Positions 37,311 to 51,208 are shown, counted from the first letter of the stretch. The stretch is DNA of 64,000 nucleotides from Octopus vulgaris (GCA_951406725.2 OX597816.1:145266001-145330000), one strand, 5' to 3'. The notes: generated by a model not told the origin, from the sequence alone. Made by a program: numbers and translations.

Positions 37311-37369
37311 TGTAAATATATTTACATTAATGTAAATATATTTACATTAATGTAAATATATTTACATTA
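37311..37369. repeat. Three-unit 20-bp tandem repeat made of palindromes
   Basis: (tgtaaatatatttacattaa)x3. Confidence 0.9.
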
Positions 37370-38507
37370 CAAAAAAAAGTCTATATATCTCTTGTCTCGA
37401 AATCGTTTTCGAAGACCGGTTATTAGGTTTCATTTAGTGATACTAATCCAGAGATATATATAATTTCGCATAGTTGATCGCTCTATCATTGTGTAGAAAA
37501 GGCATGAAAAAATTGTTTCAACCAGCGGGCCGCATGAGATATTAATCTTCTTAAGTCATGCGAAACCACTATAAAAAAGATTTAAGTAAAATCACATTTG
37601 ACTATTTTATATGATTTACTCCGACTATTTTATAACATTTTAATTAAAGCAGATATCTTAGCAATTTTAGTAAAAAAAAAAAAAAACTACGATGCTTGTA
37701 TCATCATAAAATCTAGTGTGACATGTAGAAAGATAGACGGGCCGCAGGTACTCCTTGTGTACTTTAGAATGATATTTTGCCTCTGTCCAGTAGCCGTTTC
37801 AAAAAGTCCATTACAGCTTTTCAGTAGAGTCAAAGCAACAGAGCATAAGCAAAGAAAAGCCGATGATTTGATATCACTACCTATGAGCAGGTAAGCCAAT
37901 GATTCTCTACATATATACACACACATGAAATTATGTCTACGTCCCAAGTATAGTGACTGCTTTGTTAAAATGTATAATTAAGATTATCTCCTTTGTCCGT
38001 AACAATAGTAGCCTATTGAATTTTAAGCTGGGAGCCGTTAAGACACATTTTGAATTTATGTTGTAAAGAGAAATTTTAAAAAAAATCAATAAATGAAACC
38101 TTTTCCTTGAATGTGCCATGATGAACTATAAAGAATTTGCTATAATAGATAATCAACGTTTGAAATGTCACATTAGCCTTTATTTTCATTCTAGTCAGGT
38201 TTCTCTCTGCATAGCACTTGAAACACCTGCAGAGTAATCAATATATAGTCGTTTATTTTTCAAACACCAAACTCTCTTGCTTGGTGCTGGTTGACTATTT
38301 TGATTTACATGCTTCAGGTTTTCGTGAAGTCTTATCGGATAAAGCATGGCGCTTAATGAGAAACTCGATAAAATAGATTTGTTGATTTAACGAGAATTTC
38401 GTTTGATGTAGTTTAAAGGTGACGCATACGTTCACCCTTTTTCACTAATAGCTAGTTTAGTATAGAAGAAAACACTGTCGACTTAGTAAACAAAATCAAC
38501 CGTCTCA

Positions 38508-38510
<3 letters not shown>

Positions 38511-38560
<50 letters not shown>
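38511..38560. repeat. (TAC)n microsatellite
   Basis: Directly visible. Confidence 0.95.
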
Positions 38561-39984
38561 GCGGAAAACTCTTTCAAAAGCACATAAATACATATATATG
38601 TAAGCACAACTCTTAATACCTACAGACATAAATTCTTAATGTTGTTATTCTTAGTTTTCTGGCGACTACTAAAATCAAAATGCCTTTCATACATTGTTAA
38701 TGATACTACTACAATCATCTCTATCAGTGCTACCGTTATCAATGGTACTGTTACTGTTTCCGCTGATTATAATTATACTGCGTATATCATATCGTAATTG
38801 TAACAATCTCAATGATATTTTTACTTTCATATTTTTAATAACTTTTACGCCAGAGTAAACCGCACGATTACATATATACAAATAAACTGTATATGCCAGT
38901 GTATAAGCCAATTAAATACAGAAGACGATCTCACAATTTCCTTTTTTTAAATGTAGGCTTTGAGCTATGCTCGCTGTATATGACTACCTGACAATATTTC
39001 GCACTTGGTGCGGTAGTTGGAAGGTAATTCAAAGAGAGACAAATGTCTCTGTTACTTTTGTAATTGATTTTACGGAAGCATGGTTTAATATATTTTCAAC
39101 CAAGACCAACATTACTAACATACTTAATTATCCCTTGCATGTATTCTTTTCACTCAAGTACTATTTCCGTTTGGAAATCGGTGTTCATTCAAAGTCAGTG
39201 ATCAGCTCTGTCGATACCGGTATGATTTTCAAATCTCTATAAGGATTCGTTAGTTAACCCTTTGACTAATAAAATATAAAGAAGTGGAACACAGTGCCGT
39301 TTTAATTTTTAGTAAAATGGCACTCCCGAGAGAAAAACCAAATACTTTTTTAACTCAGGAGTTCACAACAAGAATCTTCCAAACTAAATGCCGAACAAAA
39401 TGAGACCTATGTGTATGTGTGTATGCGTCTGTGCGCGCCTGTGTGTGTTTGTTTGTGAGTATGTGTGTATCTGTGTGTATGTTTACGTGTGTTTTAATGT
39501 CTATGTATATTTAGTTTCTTTTTGTATATTGATAGGTGAACGGAGAGAAAAGTAACGTGAATTTTTTCCCATCTATAAACTAATGATAATGGTAAATAGA
39601 AATAATTAAAGAAGCAGGGAGATTTAATTTAAGAAGCTGTTTTCTAAATGGTTGAATATAAACAATATACTTCTGGTGTGGGTTGTTTTGATGATAGTAA
39701 GGTTAAAGAAAATCGATCGATTTTAGATATGAGATACTAGCTCTTTGAAAATAATGACTAAATTATTTACCATGTCAACGAGTACTTAGAATATTTTAAA
39801 ATTCTCTGTGTTCTAAATTGAACTACTTGTAATAAATATTATCTCTCCTCAATCTTTCTTCATTAACATGTATATATGGCAGAGAGATATATTATAGATT
39901 CTACAGGAAAGAATTAGTACATTTCTTAATTTTTATAGGAAATCTCATTTTACCTTTTTGGGATGGATGCATGAAAGAATTTGA

Positions 39985-40232
39985 CAAGGTTCAATTGTTC
40001 GTCGGTAGGCTGCTCAGTGTGGCGGGGATGATTTCCGTAAAGCTCCGGTTGTTAAAACACCTGAAATTTATAGACAGGCGAGACAACTCGCCTTAAATCC
40101 CATCACTCCTGAGTGGGATTTTCAGCGAGTTGGCTCACCTCTCTATGACTTTCTAGTGTTTTAACATTCAGCGCTTCGAGGGAGTCATCCCCAACACGTT
40201 AACGCAGGCTACCGGCAAACAAGCAAGCCTCG
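39985..40232. mobile_element. Imperfect palindromic (foldback) MITE
   Basis: Arms pair along the whole length (ggggatga/tcatcccc, tgttaaaacac/gtgttttaaca, caactcgc/gcgagttg, aaatccca/tgggattt) around a centre at about 40109. Confidence 0.8.
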
Positions 40233-40339
40233 TATACTGAGTATGTGTAATCTATAATGTTTACAACACTAGCGCTGCTTCAAATACATATTTGAATTAT
40301 TTTAATCAGTTATCTTTAGCACTCTGGGCAAGATGTTTT

Positions 40340-40490
40340 GAAACATTTCGTACGTCTTCACATTCTGAGTTCAAATTCCGAAGGAGTCCGACTCTGCCTT
40401 TCTTTTCTTTCGGGGTCTATAAAATAAGTAAGCACTGGGGCCGATGTAATTGACATATTCCCTCCCCCGGAAATGCCGGCTTCGAGTCAA
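40340..40490 (+). mobile_element. SINE family B fragment
   Basis: ttctgagttcaaattccg..gactctgcctttc..cggggtctataaaataagta. Confidence 0.7.
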
Positions 40491-40929
40491 ATTAGTTTAT
40501 GCAATATTAATTACTTAATGCATATACCTTTTTGAAACAGGATTTAATTCCAGGTCATTAATTAATAAGATATCTTAGATATGTCTTCCGTAAGCTAAAG
40601 ATATGAAAGCTTTTTCCATATGGATTTAGCTTAGCACTGAAACATAAATCTCTCCAATTATTCAAACCTTCATATTATTCCTTATTATTACAATTGTTAT
40701 TATTGTTGTTATCATTGCTCATCTTATCATTTGTAGCTGTGTCAAGAGAGGCTATGTGTTGGGCCTGTCTAGTTGAGCCTGTCTAACTATCTAGTTGAGT
40801 TTTCAATAGAGTTAAATGTGGAGATGAAGGTGTTATACACTAGTGTCCTTATCGAAAGTTAGGTGAGAGTGGCAAGGCTGGTGAATCTGAAAATATCCCG
40901 CAGAACTTCCATACATATAGAGCTTGTCT

Positions 40930-42085
40930 GTAACCTCCACTCAACAGCTGCTGACAGCTGATGGACCATCTGAAAAGCAGAACACACCCCTCCACAGAAA
41001 GCGGAAAGGCAAGCGCTCTAGCTTCATCAGCCACGAAGTAGGGCAAGGGACGCTGTCAAGTGGTAATAGGTGATGGAAGCGATGTAGGAAAGTGTCACCT
41101 CTGCTCGATCTTTCAGGGATAGTTACTTCTGCCCATTTCTGGGTGAGACTGGCTACAATGCTCGTTACTTCCACCAGTATCTTGTCTCCTGGAGGTCAGG
41201 GCCAAACTATGCCCCTGCCATTTTAACCAGTACTTCGGACCAGTGCTCGACAATGCTGTCGGAAGGCAGGGACCTGCTTCTCTAGACCAACCGACTTCTG
41301 ATTAATCTTTGCTCCTATCTCTGCTTCATACACTTTTAGGATAGTGCCCATCACCTTGTTTTCCGAGATGTCCGCCACTATTACGGTTGCGTCGTCCGAG
41401 TAAGCCGACACGAACCTTCCGCATCCCAGTTCACGCGGGATGTTGCTCGAAATCACCAGTCTCCGTAGCAATGGTTCGAGATCCAGCGCGTACAGAAGAG
41501 GCGAGATTGGACATCATTGAACGACCGAACTCGTGATGTTAAACGACTCCGATAGGTGGCCTTTTACTTTAACCACCGAACTGATTCACTGTACATTTCT
41601 GTGATCGAGCCTCTGAAGACAAGATCGAGACCGGCTTCTGAGAAGACAGCCTGGAAATAATGGTGGTCGACCCGATGAAAAGCCTTTGATTGGTCCAAAT
41701 TGATCAGGGGCCTACCCATGGCAGTTTCCTTAACTATCTTCTGTAAGATGTAAAACATGTGGTGGAGGTTACCGTGGATAGATCTGTTTGAGATAGTACA
41801 TGCCTGAGCATCACTGACCAGTTTATCAACACGTGCAAATCTTTTGCTTAACACCTAGACAAAAATCTTGTAATCTGCGTTCAGCAGAGTTGAGGGCCTA
41901 AAATTATCCGTTTTGGCCCCCTTTCCGGGTTCTTTCTCGGGAGCATCGCCACGGCTCACAACATTAGAAATTAACCTGGTCTGCTGCCAGTTGAGATAGA
42001 CATCATCCAAGAGATCACCGAACAAGTGTGGCATAAGACGCTAAACCTCGAAGGGCAGATCATCCAACCCCGTGACGTTTTTGTG
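40930..42085 (-). mobile_element. Tx1/L1-clade LINE RT remnant
   Basis: DNFRPSTLLNADYKI, LDQSKAFHRVDH, SAYSDDATV, ERLPFRFLWRG. Confidence 0.85.
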
Positions 42086-42118
42086 GAGTTAGTTATCGCA
42101 TTATGTATGTCTTCGCAT

Positions 42119-42163
<45 letters not shown>

Positions 42164-42179
42164 GCGCGCGATTAAGCAC

Positions 42180-42407
42180 AAAGGCAAAACATAGGGAAAA
42201 TATAGCACTCGAATGCCGAACGTAGAGTAATATGCTTTTTTTTTTTATTAAAGCTGCAAAAACATCACAAAAGAACTGTTACTCAGAATATCAGGTTTCC
42301 GTTCGTCGGACTGTAGTAATCAAGAATCTTGATCACAACTGCACGACGAACGGAAACGTGAAACTCTGAGTAACAGTTTTGCGATGTTTTTGCAGCTTTA
42401 ATAAAAA
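42180..42407. mobile_element. Second palindromic PLE-pLTR-derived element with HHR-like motifs on both strands
   Basis: Palindrome 42242-42407 centred at 42326. Plus arm: AACUGC ACGACGA ACG GAAA CGU GAAA CUCUGAG UA ACAGUU (42337-42378). Minus arm has core CCGACGA. The flank gcatattactctac is shared with 31572. Confidence 0.75.
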
Positions 42408-42785
42408 TGTAAGTATATATATGTGAGTGTGTATATGTGCGTTTGTGTGCGTTTGTATGTGCGTGCGTGCGTGTGTGATTGAGTGAGCGTGTATGTGTGT
42501 GTGTGTAGGCACGCGTCTGTGTGTGGCATGTATTTGAATAACAGAGAAATACCGATTTGCTAAATCCCTCACAACGAAAAGTTTCGATTCATTTAGATTA
42601 TCTCCGGTTCAAGATGTATCATTCTTACAAATTGTATTTGACATGCTGATATGCAAATACATGCCACTGATTACTTCGAATTATTCCTCTCAGCTCATTT
42701 TGTTTAAGCTTAGCTCATTAACTAGGTCATTACTGTTTTCAACGCTCATTAGTATTAGTGTAAGCTCTCTGGCTACTGACGATTC

Positions 42786-42828
42786 TCGTGCAGATGCAGG
42801 CTACTAAGCCAGAAACAGGTGTCCACGA
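42786..42828 (+). ncRNA. Degenerate hammerhead relic
   Basis: UCGUG CAGAUGC AGGC UACUAA GCCA GAAA CAGGUG UC CACGA: helices are retained but the core has two substitutions. Confidence 0.5.
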
Positions 42829-43521
42829 TTGTCCTCGTATCTCCAGACAATAAGCTTGTGAAATGCCTATACAATTTGGAATATTCTTGAAATTTAAGAT
42901 GTCCCACTTTTCAAATGGAGCTGGTCATAATTGCCATATGGTAATTAAAATGAATCCTATAGAGACGGATATGATTTTTTGTTGTAAGGTATTTAGCACA
43001 GCGGTATTTGTCAGCGCGCCCACACATCGTTCGATTTCGATCTTACTGAGAGTAGTTATCAGATCGCTGGTCGTCAGCGTGCGATGGGCTAGCAATGTAC
43101 GCTGTAGGAATATTAAATTAATATTGCAATTTTATCAGTCACATGCTTAATTAATGTAATCGCAATTGCATAATGATATCAGGTATTCAGCAACTTTAGG
43201 CCAGTGGTAACATTATCTGCACATCTTGCAGTGAAGAAATATAATAAATGAATGTTAATGGACAAGGGTAGTTTAATGCATGTTGTCAATGTTTCAATAG
43301 CTTCACAATTTTATTCGCAATCATTTGTATAACTTAATCCAAAATCGCCAGCCATTTCCTCAAACATATTTAAACTACCACAAAATAGAAATCGATCGTG
43401 AGTGTGTGTTTATACATACATACATACATACATACATACATACATACAAACAGGACAACAAACACTAAGGCAAAACAAACATCTCAAGTCATATACGTTA
43501 TTTATTATTAAAAAATTTAAA

Positions 43522-43579
43522 GTTTTACAGATATTTTTCTGGGATATCTCAAAGTATGGGATATTCTGTCATCGGAGAC
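43522..43579 (-). ncRNA. Degenerate hammerhead relic in pLTR-like sequence
   Basis: Minus strand reads GUCU CCGAUGA ..AUAUC..GAUAUCCCA GAAA AAUAUCUG UA AAAC. Confidence 0.35.
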
Positions 43580-44309
43580 AAATAGGGAAAATGTGAAGGG
43601 TATAGATTAAGGAAAGGATGAAATAAAGAAATAATGAAGGAAAAAGAAACATAAAAGTTCACAGTTCAACTTTCCGATGGTGCAGATCCTAGTCCATGTC
43701 TTTAGGTACAATCCTTAGTAAACCCAGGTATGATTAGTGTCAATATAGTGTAAATATTCAGAAGGAAACGTGACCATATCGATGGTTCATAAAACAACGA
43801 CGGCAGAAGTGGATATTGAGATAAAGAAAGGAAAAAATGAATAGAAAGAGAGAGGTATGCGTAGGGAATTTGAAGTTACAGAGAGAGGAGGAGGAATACA
43901 ATTGACAGGGCAATGGCAAGGATTGGTAGGAAGAATAAAATAAAGAATAAAAATATATAATGGAAAAAAATAAACAAGAAGATAAATAAAGAAATATACA
44001 AGGGCAAATAAGGGGAGAAGGGGATGGTAAAAGAAGATAAAGTAAAAAAAAAATACAAATTAAAGTAAAATACGATGAAATGAAAGGGATTCAAAGAGAA
44101 CAGCTAGAAAAATGAGCATTGTTTCGAACTGCAAGAATTCTTGGTAGGGTTCTTGAAGCATGACCAGTAAATAAGTGTCACCGCAGTCTGCTTGCTTTGG
44201 ACAGCTAACACAGCCAAAATAAGCTGTGAGTTTTCATATATTATTATTATTATTATTATTATGATTATTGTTGTTATTGTTGTTGTTATTGTTGTTGTTG
44301 TTATTAGTA

Positions 44310-44675
44310 TTCAGTAATATTATTTTTATAACGTGCATTCACTTCACTACCGAACGTAGCTCTGTGTGCCTTGGGTATGTGCTGTGGTTTGCTGTGATGC
44401 TCTTATGGTTACTCTATTGAAAGTGTTTTGTGTAGGATGTGTGCAATTTTCTGTATGTTATATATATTTGTAAGTCCTGGTGATTTTGTTATGCATTTGT
44501 CTGAATATTTTTTTTCATACCTAATGGGCCCACTATGATAGGAATTGTTCCTGTTTTCAGATTTTACATTCGAGCTACCTCTATTTCCAGGTCTTTGTAT
44601 TTTGAAAGTTTCTCCATTTCTTTTAGAGAAACGCTGTCATCTGCTGTTATCGATATATCAATTAGAAAACATTTT
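44310..44675 (-). mobile_element. R4/Dong LINE 3' end flanked on both sides by (TAA)n
   Basis: CFLIDISITADDSVSLKEMEKLSKYKDLEIEVARM. The 3' UTR matches 55355-55450, and (ATT)n tracts lie at 44240-44308 and 44676-44783. Confidence 0.9.
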
Positions 44676-44683
44676 ATTATCAA

Positions 44684-44744
<61 letters not shown>

Positions 44745-44859
44745 GTTGTCGTTGTTGTTGTTGTTGTTGTTGTTGTTGTTATTAACCATAGGATCATGAG
44801 GATCATGGCAAAAAGCCAGAAGATTAGAAGATTTGAGAACAGAAAGAAAAAGTCAGAGG

Positions 44860-45145
44860 AGAACGGGAGTGTTCAAAAATAACCCGAAGCAATTCTTCCG
44901 AACGTTAGAAAGGGACAATGGGGGAAAACGTTACTCCTGATGCAAATTAAGCCAAGCAGTTCTATAGCGGATTATGGAGAAACAATGTGGTGCATAAAAG
45001 CGGATGCAATGTGGATAAGAACTATCAAGACAGAAATACAAGGAGGAAATAAACAAAGAAATATTGTTATAAGTACGGGTGATGTGAAAGAACAAGTGGG
45101 TAAAGTGCCTAACAGGAAATCCCCCGGACCAGATAAACTTTATTT
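44860..45145 (+). mobile_element. R4/Dong LINE fragment upstream of RT
   Basis: NPKQFFRTL..; VPNRKSPGPDKL. Confidence 0.6.
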
Positions 45146-46455
45146 CCAATTCGAAATGTACAAGACATCAACCAATACCTTAACATTAAGAAAAAAATGA
45201 AAGATTCGAAACACGGTGTTGGATTACTTAAATGACACACTGCATTTCTCGCTTCACACCATGACACAACATACGGCAAACCAGTCACTCTTACCCGAAG
45301 ACATACATTCGGTAGTATCAATGTTTACAAAACAGTTTGGAGAACTATTAGAAAATATCCATCGCTTGTCGATTGATCCTTCCATCGCAATTGGTTCAAT
45401 CACACTTGATTTAACTTCAAACTGAATTCGAAACAACTTGACAGAGGTTAACATTCTCACCTAAACATATTCAAAGCATGCACCAGTAACACTATGAAGC
45501 ACAAGTGGGAAAAAGCTTCCAAGAGAAAATCATTATGAAAATCAAAAGAGTCCATTAAAAAAACACTCAGTAAAAATACTCCCACTAACAGCACTCACAA
45601 CAGCAGAATTACTTCAGTGAAGACATATCTGCAGAGCAGGATGAAAACATACACCAACAACCAAAGATCTGCATAGGAAAACAAGATTATTTTAAAAAAT
45701 CAAATGCAACCTCAAAGTATTCCATTCATTTGACAACAAATAAAGGGTCGTTGTTCCACTGGTAGATGATAACTGGATTCTGCACTATCATGCGTAAGAA
45801 ATTACAGTGATCGTGGTGAAACAATATTATTTCGTTTTCAGCGATTCCTTGACCTGGAATATTTAATACACTCAAACCCCAACATGTCTCTTATATAACT
45901 GTCACTGCCTCAGACATCATTGGAGCAATAAACAAAACCACGGATTCTACTATTATAGGCAGAATAATTTAGTTTTCAACATCATAATTTTTAATAATTG
46001 TACTTTAGAAACATTCCGGATGTCTTCTTCTAAAACTGTCCATAATTTTGCAAAGTTGTATTAATCCCGTGGAAAATCTAAACCGTAAATGTGATTGGAG
46101 ATTAAATATACATGTGTTAGGATATAACCTCATATTTCTAATACGAATTATAATGTTAGAATATGATTTCTTCGTGTGCGTACAGACGGATTTCAATCTG
46201 TGTAAAGAGAAATTTTATACAGTAGCACGTCTTTTATTATGAACGCTTGAATAAAATGTTGAGCTGTCATACTCACATTGAAACATAATAACCATAATAA
46301 GCATTGTGTATAAATGGCCCCAAACAGTAACTATGTGCCATTGATAAATGCATATATATGTATGTATGTATGCCCGCACGTATGTATGTGTATACAATTC
46401 TTGTACACACAGATGCACACATAATACACTCATACACAGATTAAATTTGTAAATA

Positions 46456-46720
46456 GGCGCAGGAGTGGCTGTGTGGTAAGAAGCTTGCTTCCAATCCACA
46501 TGGCACTGGGTTCAGTCTCACTGCTTGACACCTTCGGCAAGTGTCTTCTAGATATAGTTGACTGAAACTGAAAGAAGCCCGTCGTATATGTATGTATTTG
46601 TGTATCTGTGTTTGCCCCCCCCACCGCTTGAAACCGATGTTCGTGTGTTTACGTCCCCTTTAAGTTAGCGGTTGGCAAAAACGACCGATAGAATAAGTAA
46701 TAAGCTTACAATGAATAAGC
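46456..46720 (+). mobile_element. SINE family A copy (internally deleted)
   Basis: ggcgcaggagtggctgtgtggtaagaagcttgc..ttggcaaaaacgaccgatagaataag. Confidence 0.85.
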
Positions 46721-47234
46721 ATATATATATATATACATACATACACACACACATCGGGTATTTGAGAATTCTTCAAATTTTAATCATGTTTAGTCTACAC
46801 TCCATTATGAATTCCTTTTTTGAACAGATTTTTGAAAACTCAGAATATATTTTGCAGGACACTATTCAGACTATAATTTGAAGATTATCTTATCCTTGAG
46901 ATATCAGTAAAAAATCTGGAAGAAAACGGATGGAAAATTCTAAAAGGAATACATTTATTATATTGTAATAGAAATTGAATTAAGAGATATTTTAGTTTAG
47001 TAAATGAAACATGCAACTCTTAATGGTGTGTAAATAATCTACAGCACCAAAACTTACGTTACGTTATAAAATACAGTTTAAAGATAAAGATTAGAATAAG
47101 AAAAAAAATATTATCAATGGATTACATTTCTATTACTTGCACCAATGGTTTTGTTTCGTTTGAATGAATACAAGGAAACATTTTATTTTGAGGAATAGTC
47201 AAAATTAAACCTGTTTCAAAATATTACCCATAAT

Positions 47235-47775
47235 AAGGCGGCGAGCTAACAGAAACGTTTGCTCGATGGGCGAAATGCTTAGCGGTATTTCGTCTGCCGC
47301 TACGTTCTGAATTCAAATTCTGCCGAGGTCAACTTTGCCTTTCATCCTTTCGGGGCTGATAAATCAAGTACCAGTTGCGCACTGGAATCGATATAATCGA
47401 CTTAGTCCGTTTGTCTGTCTTTGTTTGTCCCCTCTGTGTGTAGCCCTTTATGGGCAGTAAGGAAATAGATATTTCGTCTGCCGTTACGTTCTGAGTTCAA
47501 ATTCCGCCGATGTCAACTTTGCCTTTCATCCTTTCGGGGTCGATTAAATAAGTGCCAGTTACGCACTAGGGTCGATATAATCGACTTAATGCGTTTGTCT
47601 GTCCTTGTTTGTTCCCTCTGTGTGTAGACTCTTGTGGGCTGTAAATAAATAAGAAACGTTAGCATGTCGGACAAAATGCTTAGCAGCATTTCATCTGCCT
47701 GCACGTTCTGGGTTCTAATTTCACCGTGGTCGACTTTGCTTTTCATGTTTTCGGGAGTCGATAAATTAGGTACCA
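47235..47775 (+). mobile_element. SINE family B, tandem trimer
   Basis: Head aaggcggcgagct..gaaatgcttagcggtatttcgtc, followed by three copies of gtc(a/g)actttgc(c/t)tttcat. Confidence 0.85.
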
Positions 47776-47929
47776 CTTGAAAACATTACCGTCTTCGTGA
47801 GTATGACTCCCTCATTTTTGCCGCTCGTCACTGTAAACAGCAAGGTCATAGAATAGATAGATATCTACGTGTTCCTGGGAAAGATGGTGACAAAATCCAG
47901 AAATCTCCCGAAAATCAAGAGATTAGAGC

Positions 47930-48430
47930 TCAGTTATACGGCCTTGTGAGAAGTTCGAAGGTTTTGACGAATATTAAAAGAAAAATCTTCAACGATACAT
48001 CCTGCCAATGATTTACGGCAGTGAAACATGGGCTCTTAACGCTACCATCACGAATGCCCTTATTGTAGCGCAACGGGAACTGGAACGAATCAAGTTCGGT
48101 ATCACACCACGGGACAAGAAAACCAACGCTTGAATTCGACAGCACAGGAAGTCAACGACATCATAAGAACTGTCATGAAGAACAAATATAGATGAGCAGA
48201 CCACATCGCGCGACTGAAGGAAAACAGATGGACAATTAGGGTGACGGAATGGACACTAAGACAATGGACGAGATCAAGAGGCCGCCGGCCAGAGATAAGC
48301 TAGCGCGATCATATCACCTGATATCTAGAGCCTAGATTGCTACGAATGGCCAGAGAAATTCTACAGCGGTGGTAAGATCCCAAAGAGGGGTTCCTCCATC
48401 AGTAACGATGAAGCCCTGGATACTGGATAT
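47930..48430 (+). mobile_element. RTE-clade LINE 3' end
   Basis: YGSETWAL..ADHIARLKENRWTIRVTEWTLRQWTRSRGR; short ctggata tail repeat. Confidence 0.8.
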
Positions 48431-48859
48431 TGACATCATATTTATACTAGTAAATGACCACTTGCTCTTCTAGTGTTTGTTTCTTATAACATGCTCCACT
48501 TGTTTTCTTCGTTGCTAATTCTGACAGCTATCAGCCTCTGCATATCTTGTTTTAACGGAGAATATTTTATCTTGATGTTTATTTGGTTTATCTCAGTATA
48601 GGAAGGAATGAGCAAGCATTTTTCAGTGAGATGATTAGATGTGTTTGCGCCTCTTTTTCAGAATTACATTTCATATCTTTTGTACAGAAGTTCTTCCAAC
48701 GAGAGGTAATGTTTTGTGATACACTACCTAAGTATTGAATCCACGTGTTCTGTTTCGACCACAGGTTGATTCTTTTTGGTGAAGTATTTGTAATTTTGTG
48801 TGCAGCTTTTAATATTTGCCTATACAAGTTTTTTTGTGTTAAAAACTAACTATTGTTTT

Positions 48860-48956
48860 CAAATTGAATTTTTACATTATAAAGGTTTACGGTGGTCGGT
48901 TCGTAACTATGGATGTTCGTAAGTCGGACATTCTTAACTGGGGGACTGCCTTTATA
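48860..48956. mobile_element. Tigger/pogo-like terminal remnant
   Basis: gttcgtaactatggatgttcgtaagtcggacattcttaactgggggactgcc resembles Tigger-type TIR/subterminal repeats. Confidence 0.45.
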
Positions 48957-50925
48957 CCGTTTCAGTTCAATAGTTTAAACTATTTTCAATGTCATACGCA
49001 AGATGTCTGCGTCTATAAATGTTAAAAAAATATACAAAGAGAACGAATATTTAATGTTTGTTTTCAGACGATAACGTTTGAAGCTTTAAAAAAAATCTAT
49101 AAAATAAATATTGATAACAATTGACTGTTAAATAATTTATGAAACTTCAGCATCGTAATGTTTTGATATCTTCTCTCTCTCTCCCCCCCTCTCTCTCTCT
49201 CTCCCTCTCTCTTTTTTGTGAATGGCACTGTGTAAAGCAAGTAAAATGATTTAGTAAACATCGGTTTAAATCGATTTTTATATTCCTCTCACAAGGAACT
49301 TTTTCTTGATTCAAGACTTGTAGAATTTTGATAAATATATTTAGTTTATTTTGACAAAGAGCAAAATACACATAGTTGGAGTGGAGAGAATGAAGAACAG
49401 TATTTTCAGTTGCTAAACATTTCCATAGAGCAGTCACAGTGACAATACTTTCAATCAGTGGTTAATGTAATATCGTATTCCCTGCTTGATTTTTTATTGA
49501 GGTCGCTTCCAAGGATGTAGAAAGTAAACAGCAATAAAACAGGTACCAAGCAATCATTTAGCATGTTGTGAGTTATAAACGAATAGGGAAGAGCAAATCA
49601 AAATTTAAAATTGATATAAAGCTACCCTAAGAATCGTAAAGCAAACAAAATTTTAAGCAATCAAGACTATATTTATATGGAAAAGTAGAAGAAAGTAAAG
49701 TGTGCAAACATAAAAGTTAACAGATAGTCAAGTCATTAGATTAATAACATTCAGAGGAAACACAAGATGGAAGTTTGTGGTAATCGTAACCATAAAAATA
49801 TTAATAGACAAGAGAGATGCAGAAGCGATTGGAGAGTAGCAGAAGTGTTGTATTCCAGATAGTACCAGTAGTAACACATATTTAATAGTGAACTTGTTCA
49901 AAGACAGAAAGTCCACCAACATAAACATCCACCACGCAACTGTGATAAAATACAAAAGCTTACATTCATAAGAAAATTAAGGACGAGATCGATACAAAGA
50001 ATGAGTCATTATAGCAGCTGATTTAGCTGTGGAGCAAATACAATCCTTCCAAGTAAGTCCGTTAACATTTAAGTATGAAATTATAGAATACTCAGGAAGA
50101 AAATGGGGTTGGTAGCAAATAACCCTCAAACAAGTGATAATCAACTCGTAGCCAAACTTGGCATTATCACTTATGACTCATTCTAGCCATGGATGTGTTC
50201 CCGGAAAAGCGAAAAATCATAGGTAAATATATTCCATAAAATTCATAGATCATTATAAATTGTAGTCTAGAGAGGCATTGAGCAGTAAATCTGCAATAGA
50301 AATTTACCTTTATGCACTGGACCGTTACATGATATGAAAAATGGAAGCATGTTTTCCAATAATGAGCAGTCTAGACAGTAGTTGGATGCAAACAGGTTTC
50401 CGAAATATTTTCTGAAAAGTTATCTGTATTCTCGAGAGCTGCAATCAGTAATAAGAATTTACATTAGAGGAATGAGTTCAGTTAGGGATATAATTTTCGA
50501 GCTCTAAGTGCTAAAACATTTACTGTCGAGTATGTCAAAATCCGGAACGATTATAAATTTTTAGTGTTAAATATTCCAAATAAATCCGAAGTTGTTACTT
50601 TATATTAGATCTGCATGAAATCAATAAATGTGTTTAAACTAATATGCTCACCATAGCATTCTATTTTAAAGTATTCCGTAAATAGTACCAATTAAGTAAT
50701 AAACACTGCCATAAAAACCGAAAAGCAACTGGCAAATTAAAAGCAACTTAAGTTTATTGAAGCAACATATTTTCTAATAGCTTGTTTATTCCTGTCTCAT
50801 GCACACACGCTTGATATATTTTTATATCCGATACTGTACACGCGCATGGAGTCATATATGTGCGTGTGTGTGTATGTGTGTGTATATGTGTATAAATGTA
50901 TGTATATTGTTTCTATATGCGCGCG

Positions 50926-50961
<36 letters not shown>

Positions 50962-51208
50962 CCCACATTTATATGTCTATATTTTATGTACATATATACA
51001 CGCACTGACATACACATACATATATCCATAGACACATACACACATATAAACATATATGCTCATAAACGTATACATGGCTATTGATACAGACTGCAGCCTT
51101 AGTTCTTTTCATACTGCACTGATTTACCAGCGTCATTTTTCTAATTTTTTATAATGACTGAAAGCCACTTTTTCTTTTCGACTTGTTATGATCAATGTGA
51201 CCAAAAAA

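Noticed and set aside
49700-50480. Possible LINE endonuclease relic (VIIAADL)
   Set aside because: Too degenerate to assign by eye.
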